Assembly: GCA_020721865.1 (NCBI GenBank)
Contig: DYLW01000002.1
Span: forward strand, 62,591 to 126,590
DNA from: Leptospira biflexa
GTDB lineage: Bacteria; Spirochaetota; Leptospiria; Turneriellales; DYLW01
DNA: 64,000 nucleotides
Direction: 5' to 3'
The notes beneath the pieces are model-generated. The model worked only from the letters and a program-made list of their open reading frames with translations. It searched no databases and was not told where the DNA came from. The position numbers and the translations under genes are program-made. Below, one piece after another: positions 49,266 through 60,100 of this stretch. Each line of letters starts with the position of its first letter. Within the stretch, counting starts at the first letter, position 1.

Positions 49266-49886
49266 TTAATTATGGACTGTGATCCAGTTTTCCGGATTAT
49301 CCCTCTGGGATTTGATGTGGTTATTGGGATGATCCCAATCCGCATAACCCAGAGTGATGCCCAGAATCAACTTTCTGTCTGTCCCCAATCCCAAGATATC
49401 CCGGATTTTTGCATCGTGCATTACCAATCTGGCTTGGGGGACGGTGGCAAGGCCATGGTTTGTTGCAGAGAGCAGGACGTTTTGGGCAAATAGTCCCAGA
49501 TCAAAAATGGACCATTCATTAAGATTTTTGTGAATATGCAGGTAAACAATTACAGGAGCGTTGTAATTCCATCGGCCACGTCCGGATTCCGGAAGAACTC
49601 TTTTCCCGGATGCCTCCCGGTTATTTGCCACCAAGCGGGCTTGTCTGTCCGGCCATTCCGGAGGCCACGGGATGGGAACAACGTATTCCTTATCTGTGTC
49701 ATATAATTGGATTATTTTTGCCAGACTTTCCCCTGTGACCACACTGACTTCCCAGGGTTGGGAATTCATAAAACTGGGAGCCGCGGACGCTTCCTCTAAA
49801 ATCTGGTGAATCATTTCCAATGGGACAGCTTTATCCAGATACCAGCGTACACTGCGTCTTTCCTGGATTACTTCAGAAAATTCCAT
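49266..49886 (-). CDS. Nitroreductase family protein
   Basis: IQERRSVRWY...APSFMNSQPWE. Confidence 0.85.
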   Translation of the reverse strand: MEFSEVIQERRSVRWYLDKAVPLEMIHQILEEASAAPSFMNSQPWEVSVVTGESLAKIIQLYDTDKEYVVPIPWPPEWPDRQARLVANNREASGKRVLPESGRGRWNYNAPVIVYLHIHKNLNEWSIFDLGLFAQNVLLSATNHGLATVPQARLVMHDAKIRDILGLGTDRKLILGITLGYADWDHPNNHIKSQRDNPENWITVHN

Positions 49887-49931
49887 GTACTTTGAATTAA
49901 TTTTTTCTGTATTCTGTCAAACGAAAAATTC

Positions 49932-51365
49932 TTACACCCCTTTCAGGTTGGAAAGGGTTTCATAGACTTCAGGATCATATTCTGAATCAATGGCATAGGC
50001 CAGCCTCCGGGACTGGTCTTTCTGAAGAAGGTATTCCCCCCGACGGACGTTGGTTTTCATATTCTCAACTTTGGGGGGCAGGATAATCTTTTTGCCAGCC
50101 TTCTCCACCATTTCCATGTTGATATCAGCAACTTTGATGACATCTGGTATACTCTGGAATTTGGAGGCACGGGTGATTTTTGCAATTTCATACATATAAC
50201 CCTTGGTGCTCTGGATGGCCAGCACCACAAAATCACCATCATCCAAAATTCTCTGGTTATCATTCAGGCTCATGGAAACATAATCCAAAAATTCCCGCAT
50301 AATCCGAGCGGTGTATGTAAAAATGGAATTATTGATAATCATCTGGATGGCACGCTTGGAGGAAAAAGCATCTCGCCACTGGACTTTGGATGTAAGGGAG
50401 GCGTACTCGGAGGACAATGCCAGAATATTTGCGTCTTCATCGAACGTAATGGGGCGATTGATCAGGTAGATTTGTTCGGCGAGACTTTTCAGAAGATTAG
50501 GATTGTCTTTATGCTTCTCCACCAGCCCATTAAAATTTGTAATCAGCCACTTTTTGGGGGGATAGTTGTTTCCAATGGAATCATCCGGCAACGGGCAACG
50601 CTGGCAGAGAATATTTCTTTTCACCATGGGATCGATGGTGGGCTCATGTGCAATCATTAAATAACTCATAAGTGGAAACCGTCTCAAATACGCGAACTCC
50701 TGTTCGGATAAATCACTGTGGGATGGTATATTCATCCGCATTTTACCAATATCACTGAATAAGGCACTCATCATGGTGGTCATCACCATTGCCTGGATTT
50801 TGGATTCTTCCCGTGCGTTCTGGGCGTTCAGGCCCCGGGTTTTCATGGCCATGGCCACCACGGTTTTCTTCACGGCCAGCTCTGCGTTAAAGTTCTTGGG
50901 ATCATCGGATTTCAGAAGTTCCAGAATGTTCACAAGACCAGTTTTCATATCCTCCTGGGTACGAAAATTCTCAAAAACATTCCCCACCCTTTCTCTGGTT
51001 TTCTGAGCAAAAATAGAATCCACTGCCCCCTTTTCCAGGCTATCAAATAATTCCACCGTACCGGATTTGAAATCATCAATTTCTTTCCGGTCAAAAAGCT
51101 TTTTATTACTGAGGCCTTCTTCTGTGGGCACATCTTCTTCCTGCACAGTGTGCCGCCCCAGTTTGGCCTCATCCCGGATATTGTAATAAATACCCTGGGT
51201 TTTGAATTTCAATAACTGATCAATTTCATGCTCATTGGCAGATTCTTTTTTATATACAAGCGTTTGCCCTTTTCTGTTATAAAAATCAATGGGAATACTC
51301 TGCTCTTCCTTCATCTTTGCGATGACATCATCGGAAAAATCAAATAGAATTAAATTCTTATCCAT
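49932..51365 (-). CDS. Degenerate HD-GYP-like domain protein
   Basis: SALFSDIGK sits where HD-GYP proteins have LHDIGK (the His is lost). SIGNNYP sits where they have GSGYP. The rest of the 477 aa has no recognised motif. Confidence 0.55.
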   Translation of the reverse strand: MDKNLILFDFSDDVIAKMKEEQSIPIDFYNRKGQTLVYKKESANEHEIDQLLKFKTQGIYYNIRDEAKLGRHTVQEEDVPTEEGLSNKKLFDRKEIDDFKSGTVELFDSLEKGAVDSIFAQKTRERVGNVFENFRTQEDMKTGLVNILELLKSDDPKNFNAELAVKKTVVAMAMKTRGLNAQNAREESKIQAMVMTTMMSALFSDIGKMRMNIPSHSDLSEQEFAYLRRFPLMSYLMIAHEPTIDPMVKRNILCQRCPLPDDSIGNNYPPKKWLITNFNGLVEKHKDNPNLLKSLAEQIYLINRPITFDEDANILALSSEYASLTSKVQWRDAFSSKRAIQMIINNSIFTYTARIMREFLDYVSMSLNDNQRILDDGDFVVLAIQSTKGYMYEIAKITRASKFQSIPDVIKVADINMEMVEKAGKKIILPPKVENMKTNVRRGEYLLQKDQSRRLAYAIDSEYDPEVYETLSNLKGV

Positions 51366-51459
51366 GCTGGTACCTTTTAAAAAACACGTTAGGAAAAATC
51401 AATAATTATTTAAAATTCAAACGAGTATTTTTTCCCTGAAAAATGTTTTATCCATATTC

Positions 51460-51762
51460 TCAAATATCCTGCTTCCTGCCGCGACTGTCTTTTTCATCCA
51501 AGCGAGAGTATTTATTGATCATTATGGTGATCCGGGGATTCACTGTCTCAGGATTTTTTTCTATTATCTCTTTTGTTTTGTCGCTTTTCAGATAATCCGC
51601 GAGGACTTTCTTATCGGCTTCCCACATGGCACTCAAAAACTGGGAGAAAATGCCTATCCCTGCATTCATCTTATCCAGAAAAATTTTATCCATCAATTTT
51701 CTGTTCTTCTGTTTCAGAGATTGAACAATTTCTTTGAGATTCTCTTCTTTCCCCGCTTGCAT
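51460..51762 (-). CDS. Hypothetical protein
   Basis: 100 aa Lys/Glu-rich helical ORF. No family recognised. Confidence 0.35.
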   Translation of the reverse strand: MQAGKEENLKEIVQSLKQKNRKLMDKIFLDKMNAGIGIFSQFLSAMWEADKKVLADYLKSDKTKEIIEKNPETVNPRITIMINKYSRLDEKDSRGRKQDI

Positions 51763-51893
51763 GAGGGATGATATCCAAAAAAAGACTGAGAGATCAAGAA
51801 TAATAAATTTACCTTGTTCTATATTCCATTGGCAAAAGATGAGACATAATTGGAAATTCCTTGACGTCGGTTTTCCCTACTCCCTCATGCCCC

Positions 51894-52481
51894 ATGAAAC
51901 GGGCAGTGCTATGGATTCTGGCGTTCGCATTCCAGATTACAGATTTGGCGGCCCACCCCCATGTTTTCATTGAACACAGTGTGGAAATCCAGGTGAATGA
52001 TTCCGGTGTCCAGGCATTAAAACTCCGCTGGGTCTTTGATGAAATGTTCAGTTCCCTGCTGATCCAGGACTTTGACACGAATAAAAACAAAAAGATTGAC
52101 CCTTCCGAAAATCCGGTGGTCAAAAAAAACGGCTTTGATAACCTGAAAGAATACCACTATTTTGTGTTTATGAAAATGGGAAAAAAAAGTTATTATCCGT
52201 CCCATGCGGAGGCTTTCCAAGCAACCATTGCCCGGAACCGTCTGGTGTACATATTTACGGTGCCTGTCACTCTGAAACCCGGCCGATTTCCAGCCAAGGC
52301 AGAGCTGGTAATCAGAGACCCCAGCAATTATACAGATCTCACCCTGATAAAAAGCAATCCAGTGACAGTCACCAATGCGGGTTCCCTGAAAATCTCCCAC
52401 CGGGTTGTGGATAACCGGGCACAATTCCGGCGGACGGGAGAGGGTTACCCGGAAATCATTATCATAGAACTTAGGAAATGA
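51894..52481 (+). CDS. DUF1007-family periplasmic protein (metal-transport partner)
   Basis: Signal peptide MKRAVLWILAFAF...AAHPHVFIEH and DTNKNKKIDPSE, from the first ATG. Overlaps the NicO-like gene by 4 bp. Confidence 0.7.
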   Translation: MKRAVLWILAFAFQITDLAAHPHVFIEHSVEIQVNDSGVQALKLRWVFDEMFSSLLIQDFDTNKNKKIDPSENPVVKKNGFDNLKEYHYFVFMKMGKKSYYPSHAEAFQATIARNRLVYIFTVPVTLKPGRFPAKAELVIRDPSNYTDLTLIKSNPVTVTNAGSLKISHRVVDNRAQFRRTGEGYPEIIIIELRK

Positions 52482-53449
52482 CCATGAAAAGTAAGCACAA
52501 ATGGATAGTATTATTTATTCTATTATTTCCGGCTTTTCTCCATGCAGGGAATCCCTTCCTGTCCCGTCCGGATTCCAGGCAGAAAGAAATGATTACAAAA
52601 GAAAGCGGGAGATTTTCCGGGGAACAATCTGGTGATTCCGTGGCAACCAAGCAGGATGGGAAATCCATTTTTTTCGCAAACACATTATTGGAAAAAATAA
52701 AAATCGTCCAGAAGCGGATTCATGGTACGTTGACAACTTATGCCCGCAAAATACAATCCGAATCCTCCCCTTCCGCCGTTTTGTCCCTGTTTCTTTTTTC
52801 TTTCCTATATGGAATCTTCCACGCTGCCGGGCCGGGTCATGGGAAAGCGGTTGTTTTTTCCTATTTTCTTTCCAGGGATGCCAGATTCAGAAATGCCCTT
52901 TCTCTGGGCAGCATGATCGGGTTCTTCCATGCCGCATCCGCGATTATCCTGGTCATCATTTTACGATGGATTTTATTATCCTACGTCTCCGGCATGGAAA
53001 AAGCAGAATTCTATATCCAAATTTTTAGTTATGCGGCCATCCTGGGAATTGGAATTTTCATGGCCGTGGAATGGATACGCGAGACTTTTTTTCCCCCATC
53101 GGCCAGTGGTTTGGGGGAGGGGGCAGGTCACCACAGGAAAGAACGGACGTCTCTGGCCATTGCCCTTGCGGTGGGAGCGGTTCCCTGTCCGGGTGTTGTT
53201 CTCATCATGATCTTTGGATTTTCTCTGGAGATTTTCTGGACTTCTCTGGTCGCGTCTGTCTTCATGGCTTTTGGGATGGCGTTCACCATATCGTTTGCGG
53301 GCATCATAACACTGTATATGAGGAAAGGACTTTTGGCATTTGCCGGAAAATCCCCGACCAAATTTAGAATCCTGCACGCAAGCCTGTCCGGGGTGGGGGT
53401 TCTTTTTATCCTGATTTTTGCCTCCATCCTGTTTTTGGGAAGCCTGTAA
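52478..53449 (+). CDS. NicO/RcnA-like nickel/cobalt transporter family protein
   Basis: FLYGIFHAAGPGHGKAVVFSYFL signature with ~6 TM helices. Confidence 0.75.
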   Translation: MTMKSKHKWIVLFILLFPAFLHAGNPFLSRPDSRQKEMITKESGRFSGEQSGDSVATKQDGKSIFFANTLLEKIKIVQKRIHGTLTTYARKIQSESSPSAVLSLFLFSFLYGIFHAAGPGHGKAVVFSYFLSRDARFRNALSLGSMIGFFHAASAIILVIILRWILLSYVSGMEKAEFYIQIFSYAAILGIGIFMAVEWIRETFFPPSASGLGEGAGHHRKERTSLAIALAVGAVPCPGVVLIMIFGFSLEIFWTSLVASVFMAFGMAFTISFAGIITLYMRKGLLAFAGKSPTKFRILHASLSGVGVLFILIFASILFLGSL

Positions 53450-53523
53450 GATAAGCAAAAATTGGCCGATGGGTTGGAACGTTTATAAAATTATACTACA
53501 AGAAAGTTAATCAAGGAGGTTGT

Positions 53524-54012
53524 ATGAAAAAAATCTGGGTAATTCTTCTAACAGGGTCTCTTTTCCATCCGGTATTAGCGGAGCCATGCCGAGTTTCTTC
53601 CGGACATCCGGTGTATCAACTGATTAAAAAATACCAGAGAGATGCTGCTCAACTGGGAGGAAATGTACATCTGACGGCGTTTGAGAAAAGCTTCTTTGCG
53701 GATACTTCTTTCTTTGCCGGCCCATCGGAAAAGGACTTTCTGGTCAATGTAGCCTGCTCGATGGATAACGGTTTGGAAGAAGGCGTCTTCCGGAATATGA
53801 GCTATACCCGCATGGTGCTCATCAACGGACGTTCCCACGTTGTCCGCTATGACTATCAATCGAACGGGAAGAACGCCATTCTGGTTCGCCGGGCCAACTT
53901 TGAGGGAAAGACCATGGAGGCCATTTACCGTTTTGATTTGTCCCAAAAAAGCTTGAATGTCCGGAACCTCACAAACCGTATGCCCCGGTTTGGGAAAGAA
54001 TACAGAATTTAG
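53524..54012 (+). CDS. Secreted hypothetical protein
   Basis: AAGGAGG SD and signal peptide MKKIWVILLTGSLFHPVLA. No family recognised. Confidence 0.5.
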   Translation: MKKIWVILLTGSLFHPVLAEPCRVSSGHPVYQLIKKYQRDAAQLGGNVHLTAFEKSFFADTSFFAGPSEKDFLVNVACSMDNGLEEGVFRNMSYTRMVLINGRSHVVRYDYQSNGKNAILVRRANFEGKTMEAIYRFDLSQKSLNVRNLTNRMPRFGKEYRI

Positions 54013-54020
54013 TGCAGATT

Positions 54021-54233
54021 ATGGGCAAATGGATGATCCTCTCCGGAGTCATTCTGGTGATTCTGGGGATCATCCTGTATTTTGTTCCCCGGCTGGGCAT
54101 TCCGCTGGGAAAACTTCCCGGGGATATTATCGTCCGGCGGGAGAATTTTACGTTCTATTTTCCTCTGGTCACCTCCATCCTGGCCAGTGTTTTTCTGAGT
54201 CTGGTATTCTATCTGATTTCCCGTTTCCGATGA
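54021..54233 (+). CDS. DUF2905-family small membrane protein
   Basis: MGKWMILSGVILVILGIILYF...LGKLPGDIIVRRENFTFYFPLVTSIL. The track start 54012 is GTG; the first ATG is at 54021. Confidence 0.7.
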   Translation: MGKWMILSGVILVILGIILYFVPRLGIPLGKLPGDIIVRRENFTFYFPLVTSILASVFLSLVFYLISRFR

Positions 54234-54241
54234 GAAAATAA

Positions 54242-55099
54242 ATGTCCCCCTGCGAGTATCGTTTTACCGGAGGCGTGCCGGGTGGGCACCCACAGAGTTC
54301 CGCAACAGTTCTGGTTTTTCTGCATGGATGGAGCGGCTCCTCACGAGACTTTTTGCCCATCCTGGAACGGTTGCCTTTCCCCGGCATATCCCTGGACCTG
54401 CCCGGCCATGGCGAAAATCTCCCTCCGGAAAAAAATACCTTTCCCCGCCACTGCTATTATCCGGATTCCATCGCGAACGCCCTGGCCGCGGAAATCCTCT
54501 CCTGGGGCGTTCCCAAAATAATTCTGGTGGGCTATTCCATGGGGGGAAGGATCGCTGTCCGATTGGCCCCCATGCTGGGGGAATCTCTCTCCGGGCTGGT
54601 GCTGGAATCCGCAGGTCTGGGAATTAAGGACACCGCAGAGAGGAAAAATCGCTGCAAAATGGATGTACGCTATGCACGTAAACTCATCGCCCAGCCGATG
54701 GATGTATTTTTCCGGGAGTGGTATAACCAGGAGGTATTCCGGGGTATAAAAGAGCATCCGGATTTTCGGAATTTTCTGTATAAAAAAATCCATAAGGAAG
54801 AGGATGCTGCGGAAATTCCGGAGCACATCCGGAAAAAAAATCTGGCATATTCCTTGGTATTTTCCGGTAATGCTTTCATGCCGTATTCCCTGGAGGCGGT
54901 AGAATCCTTGCAGATACCCATTCTGTATCTCTCCGGGGAGCAGGATAAAAAGTATACCGCTCTGGGGGAATCCCTTGCCGGAAAAAACCCCCTTTTGGAG
55001 CATCGGGTGGTTCCCGGTGCCGGCCATAACATCCATGCCTTTTATCCGGAGGAATACTCCCGCCTATTGGAGGAATTTGTCCGGAGGGGGGGCGGATAA
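54242..55099 (+). CDS. Alpha/beta hydrolase (MenH-like)
   Basis: VLVFLHGWSGSSRDF, LDLPGHGE and LVGYSMGGRIA. No other men genes are nearby, so the specific function is open. Confidence 0.7.
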   Translation: MSPCEYRFTGGVPGGHPQSSATVLVFLHGWSGSSRDFLPILERLPFPGISLDLPGHGENLPPEKNTFPRHCYYPDSIANALAAEILSWGVPKIILVGYSMGGRIAVRLAPMLGESLSGLVLESAGLGIKDTAERKNRCKMDVRYARKLIAQPMDVFFREWYNQEVFRGIKEHPDFRNFLYKKIHKEEDAAEIPEHIRKKNLAYSLVFSGNAFMPYSLEAVESLQIPILYLSGEQDKKYTALGESLAGKNPLLEHRVVPGAGHNIHAFYPEEYSRLLEEFVRRGGG

Positions 55100-55132
55100 A
55101 TGCGTCACGTTCATGATGATCCCCCCTATGGA

Positions 55133-55621
55133 TTACTTATAATTATCAAACTGGAGAGCAACCGGAAGATCTGCGTTTTTCAGCATGGCGATGATTTCCT
55201 GAAGTTCATCCCTGGATTTACCGGTCACACGGATTTTTTCGTCCATGATCTGGGTTTTAATTTTGGGATTTTTATCTTTTATCATTTTATTAATTACTTT
55301 AATATCATCTTTGGGGATGCCATTCACGAAAGTCGCTTTCTGGCGGACACTCTGACCGGCGGCCTGTTCCAGTTTCTGGTAGCGAAGGGCTTTCAGGGAA
55401 ATACCGCGTTTTATGAGTTTGCTTTCCATGACATCGATCAACTGCTTGAGCTTGCCTTCATCGTCAGAAAAAAGCACCAGCTCATCTTTGGAGAGAGTCA
55501 GCTCGGATTTACTGCCTTTGAAATCAAACCGGGTGAGTATCTCCCTTTTTGTCTGGTCAATTGCGTTAGTTAATTCCTGCATGTCTATCTGTGAAACTAC
55601 ATCAAAGGATGATTCTGCCAT
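55133..55621 (-). CDS. yajQ: YajQ-family nucleotide-binding protein
   Basis: SFDVVSQIDMQELTNAIDQTKREILTRFDFKGS, ~160 aa. Confidence 0.85.
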   Translation of the reverse strand: MAESSFDVVSQIDMQELTNAIDQTKREILTRFDFKGSKSELTLSKDELVLFSDDEGKLKQLIDVMESKLIKRGISLKALRYQKLEQAAGQSVRQKATFVNGIPKDDIKVINKMIKDKNPKIKTQIMDEKIRVTGKSRDELQEIIAMLKNADLPVALQFDNYK

Positions 55622-55631
55622 TTTTCCTCCG

Positions 55632-57110
55632 TCAGGTCGATTTGTCCTGTATTTCTTTATGTCTTCTCATCACATTTTCATGGATTTTTTTAATTTCTGA
55701 ATAGCTTTGAAAATTAAACAGTTTGGCCGCTTCCACGTCGGCATTTTTATAGGTTTTCTTCCGGTTTTCAATATCCACAAACAGATCCGCCAGATGGATG
55801 ATGGAAACAGCTTTTTTGTGCTGTTCCTCCGCTCCCAGCGGAAAATGGTGATACTGTATCATCTGGATTAATTCTTCTGAAAAATTCCATTTGCCGGCAA
55901 TATCCGCTCCCACCTGATTATGGGAAACTCCCAAGGTCACCTCTTCCAAGGTTGCGGTGGTGAAGGACGATCCGGATTCCTCATTGATTTTTTTTAATAT
56001 CTTTGGAGTGACGACGTGCAGAATAATTTTTCCCAGATCGCGGAGGAGACCACCCAGAAACATGGTATCCGATTCTTTGCCCATTTTAAACTCATCGGCC
56101 AGGAGTTTGGCATAAACGGCACACTTATACGCCTCTTCCCAGAACCCGGTGTATATTTTAAAATGTTCGTTCATAATTTTCTGGGACGCACTGGCCATGG
56201 CCATCTGTTTGAGCGTTTTGAAACCCACTATATTCACCGCTTTGGAAATGGAATTTACGCGGGATGCAGTGATAAAACCGCCGGAATTTGCCAGCTTCAA
56301 AATGTCCGCAGTCAGGGCGATGTCTCTTTCTATGACAGAGGAAACTTCTTCAATGGTGCTTTTGGGATTATCGCAAAGCTGGATCACCCGGTTTATAGAT
56401 TCTGGAAAAACAGGAATGGATTGTACGTTTTTTATAACTTCATTTTGTATTTTTTTCACTTCTTCCGGCTTGGAGATACTGAAAGGTATTTTGAGGCTGG
56501 CCTCTGTTATTTTTCCATTGGATTGGAGGGAAAAATTATCAATGCCAATTCCGGATGTTTTTAAAAGCATGATATTCATAATAAGCCCCAGGCCGGCCCC
56601 TTCAGAAAAATCTGAAATCTCTGCGAATATTTCTTCTATGCTGTTGATTTCCCGTGCTTTGTCCATGCGGATTTTTACCCTGTCCAATTCCTCCGCTGTC
56701 ATCCCGGTATTATTGGCCACAGAAATCCCAAACCATTTATCGTTTTTTTTCATGGTCACTTTTACCCGCAGTCCAATTTCCTTCATGTGTGGAATATAAT
56801 CCGCCATTTTTTCCACCGCTTCCTTGCGGAATTTTTCCATAAGGCGGTTATAATCGTCCGGGTCTGTGATTTCCACCATATTTTTCTCAAAGAAAGCCCT
56901 TTTGAGATTTGCTTTGACCGCATTATTGATGATTTCTGTCATAAACGCGGCAATGATGGAAGATAAATACAGCATATCTTTTTCCGCAAGAACATCATGC
57001 ACCAGGGAATGGGTCAATTGATTCACATTATGGGTGTAGCTCAGGAAATTATAAGAAACAGGCTGACCACTCTTCAATTTTAAAAGATAATTCTCTTTTA
57101 TATCATGCAC
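55632..57110 (-). CDS. HDOD-domain protein with an N-terminal HATPase_c-like region
   Basis: GAGLGLIMNIMLL (G2-box-like), then HDOD IPVFPESINRVIQLCDNPKSTIEEVSSVIERDIALTADILKLANS. Confidence 0.7.
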   Translation of the reverse strand: MHDIKENYLLKLKSGQPVSYNFLSYTHNVNQLTHSLVHDVLAEKDMLYLSSIIAAFMTEIINNAVKANLKRAFFEKNMVEITDPDDYNRLMEKFRKEAVEKMADYIPHMKEIGLRVKVTMKKNDKWFGISVANNTGMTAEELDRVKIRMDKAREINSIEEIFAEISDFSEGAGLGLIMNIMLLKTSGIGIDNFSLQSNGKITEASLKIPFSISKPEEVKKIQNEVIKNVQSIPVFPESINRVIQLCDNPKSTIEEVSSVIERDIALTADILKLANSGGFITASRVNSISKAVNIVGFKTLKQMAMASASQKIMNEHFKIYTGFWEEAYKCAVYAKLLADEFKMGKESDTMFLGGLLRDLGKIILHVVTPKILKKINEESGSSFTTATLEEVTLGVSHNQVGADIAGKWNFSEELIQMIQYHHFPLGAEEQHKKAVSIIHLADLFVDIENRKKTYKNADVEAAKLFNFQSYSEIKKIHENVMRRHKEIQDKST

Positions 57111-57158
57111 GCAATATGATTATTTTATTTCCATTTCCTGTAAACAAAAAAATTATTT

Positions 57159-60100
57159 TTAATCCAGATATTCCAGAAAAGAAATGGAGCAATGATAGAT
57201 AGCTTTGGTAAATTTCTGTTCAGGAAATGTACCATCAAGAGCCGCCTGGTACTCATCCAGTTGCCGGTCATAACCGTACTGGATTGTGAGTTTTCTGGCG
57301 TCGCCTTCTGTGTCCACTTTACCTGTTTTAAAATCCAGAATACAGTATTTTCCATCGGCGGTGCGGAAAATTAAATCCGCATACATTTTTTTTCTCTGCC
57401 CGCCGGGGATACTGATCTCTATGGGAAATTCAAAGTATTTTTCCTGCGAGCCGAGGATCTCCCCGTAAATTTCATGGTTAATGAAGTCATTCTTCCATTT
57501 AATCAGAATTTTTTCCATGCCCGGATTGGGTTTGTTCTCCCGCAGGAATTTTTGCGGCAAACCGGGGGACGCAAGCTCAGAAAAATAGCGAGCCACCAGA
57601 TCATGGAATAAGATACCCTGGATTCGCGGGGACTCCGGTTGCAGGGCGGGAGGACTCTGGTTTTTTTCCATCTGCCCGCCCGCCTTCTCTGAATCCGGTT
57701 TGGGGTATTCCCACTTTTCCAGATAATCTTCCGGAGTGACCCTTTTCCGGGTTGGGGGGGTATTCCGTGTACCGCAGTCCAGAAAGTCCTGGGCATGGAA
57801 AAATTGGGCGGGAAAACTTTTTTCTCCCAACTGAATCTCTTTTTTTTCTGCCCACCGGCTCTGCGGATTTTCCCCCAGTGCCACAGTGAGAAGATCACTT
57901 GTATAGATAAAATAGGACAAAAAGGAGCTCACGGGAGAAAAGTGCTTTACCGGAGGTAATTGTCCCTTCTCCGCCAGCAGGGAATCCGGAATTATGCCGG
58001 TAAATACCAGATGATTTTTTGCACGGGTGATTGCCACATATAGCTGCCTCAGATACTCTTCTTCTTTTTTGAAATTCACCATCACCCGGGTAATATCCGC
58101 GTATGGGTTTTGGGTTTTATCTTCCAGGGGAATTCCTGCGGAAAATATTTCCTGCAAATTTTCTTTGGACTTACCGGCGGAATTCCCGGTCTCCTTTTGC
58201 CAGATATATTTTTCCCAGATAAGACCGATGGATTTTCCCTGCTGGGAAAAATTCTTTTCCAATTGCGGGATAATGACCATGGGATATTCCAGACCCTTTG
58301 CGGAGTGAATGGTTCCAATATACACCGGAGAGATAATTTCCTTATCATTCTTTCCTCCGGGTGAATCCCCGCCATGCAGAATATAATATTCCGTTTCCTC
58401 CAGAAATTCCTCCAGAGAGCTGGAACGGGTTGATAAAAATTCCGTTGCATATTCCAAAAATTTTTCCAGATTAACTGCCCTGTCCTCATAATCCGGATAG
58501 GAAGCCAGTGCGGAAAGAATGTCCATCTCATCCATAATGTACTGGAGAGCAGAAACAATATTTGCGGAAAAAATCATCTGGGGTATTTTTCTCTTTAAAA
58601 GCGGATCCAGAATCTTCTCTCTGGCAGCTTTGGATTCTTCCCATTGGGACGATTTTAATGCCAAAATAAGTCGGAGAACTTCCTCATCGGCAAAACCCAG
58701 ATAATGGGATTTCAATCCGCCGGTTATATAATAGCGTTCTTCTTTGGTAAAACTCCCTACCCTCTCCCTGGATAGAAGGACGATTGTTTTCAAAAAGAAA
58801 AATAACTCCCGGACTTCTCTGCTCTCCCAAAAGGAAGAAAGCATCCGCGTCTCCACTCCCAGATCCCTCAGGTGCATGGCCAAGGGACGTGCCATTTGGG
58901 AATTCATGAGAAGAACCGCAATGGCTGATTTTTTCTCCCGCATCAGGCGAGTGATATCCTCATATGTTTCCAGCTCCCCAGTCTTTATCTTTTGGATCCA
59001 TGCGGCCAAGGCCTTCAGGTGATTGGTTGCAGTGTCACCATTTTCTTTGTCCTTGAAGGAAAAGAAAAATCCCACTGAGGCGGTTTCATCCTCAACCCCT
59101 TTTTTTCCGTAAGTGATCATGGGATATTCCGGATACCGCTTAATTTTGAATAGAGAAGAAAAAAAATGATTATAAAATTCAATGATAAATGGATGACTGC
59201 GAAAATTCCGGGTCAGCTCTTTAGTTTCGCAGTTTTTCAGCTCCCGGCATATATTCAAGATTATGGATGGATCTCCCCCGTTGAACGAGTAAATGGCCTG
59301 CTTTTCATCCCCCACCAGAAAAAATTTTGTATTTTCAGAAGCGATATTTTTTGCAAACTCCCACAACGCCGGAGAAGTGTCCTGGAACTCATCCAGAAAT
59401 ATATAGCGGAAATTCTGTCTGCCACCACGGTTTGCTTCTGTGGCCAGATCAATCATTAAATCATAATCCACTTTCTGGGATACATCCAGCTCCCTCCGGT
59501 ATTCAGAATAAAAGTCCTCCAGAAATTGGATAATATCCAGAATTTCCCTGCGGCGGTTTTCCAGTTCATCCTCCGGGGGAATGGGACAGGATAAACCTCC
59601 CAGGGCTTCTCTCAGAATTTCCAGAGGAATACGATTTTCTTTCTCAATGGAATTCCATGGCTTACTTCTAAAATTAATATCAATATTCAGCTTTGTTTCC
59701 TGATTTGTCCCAAAGCTATCCAACTGGTGATAAATATCGGCAATTTTTTCCTGGATGGGTTCCGGATACATCTGCAGAAGATCTTCTTTCAACCGGCCAA
59801 TTTTTTGAATAGTGGGAAGGTGTTTCCTAAGGAGCAGCTCTTTGCAGAAAGCCAGAGAAAGCAAGGTGGAGTCACCCTCTTCTTGGCTTTGTTTGAATTT
59901 TCTGGTGACTCTCCGGGCTTCTGCATTGGTGCACCAAGTTTTTATGATGTCCTTCCCCTTATATTCACCCACAGCGTCCAGAAAAGAGACAATCCTTTTT
60001 TCCTGATCCGGATTCCCGGAAAAAAAAGATCCATATATTTTCTGGATGAGCTCATCGGCCTCCCGAGGGGTTAGAATCTGGAATTTGTCTCTTTTTAACA

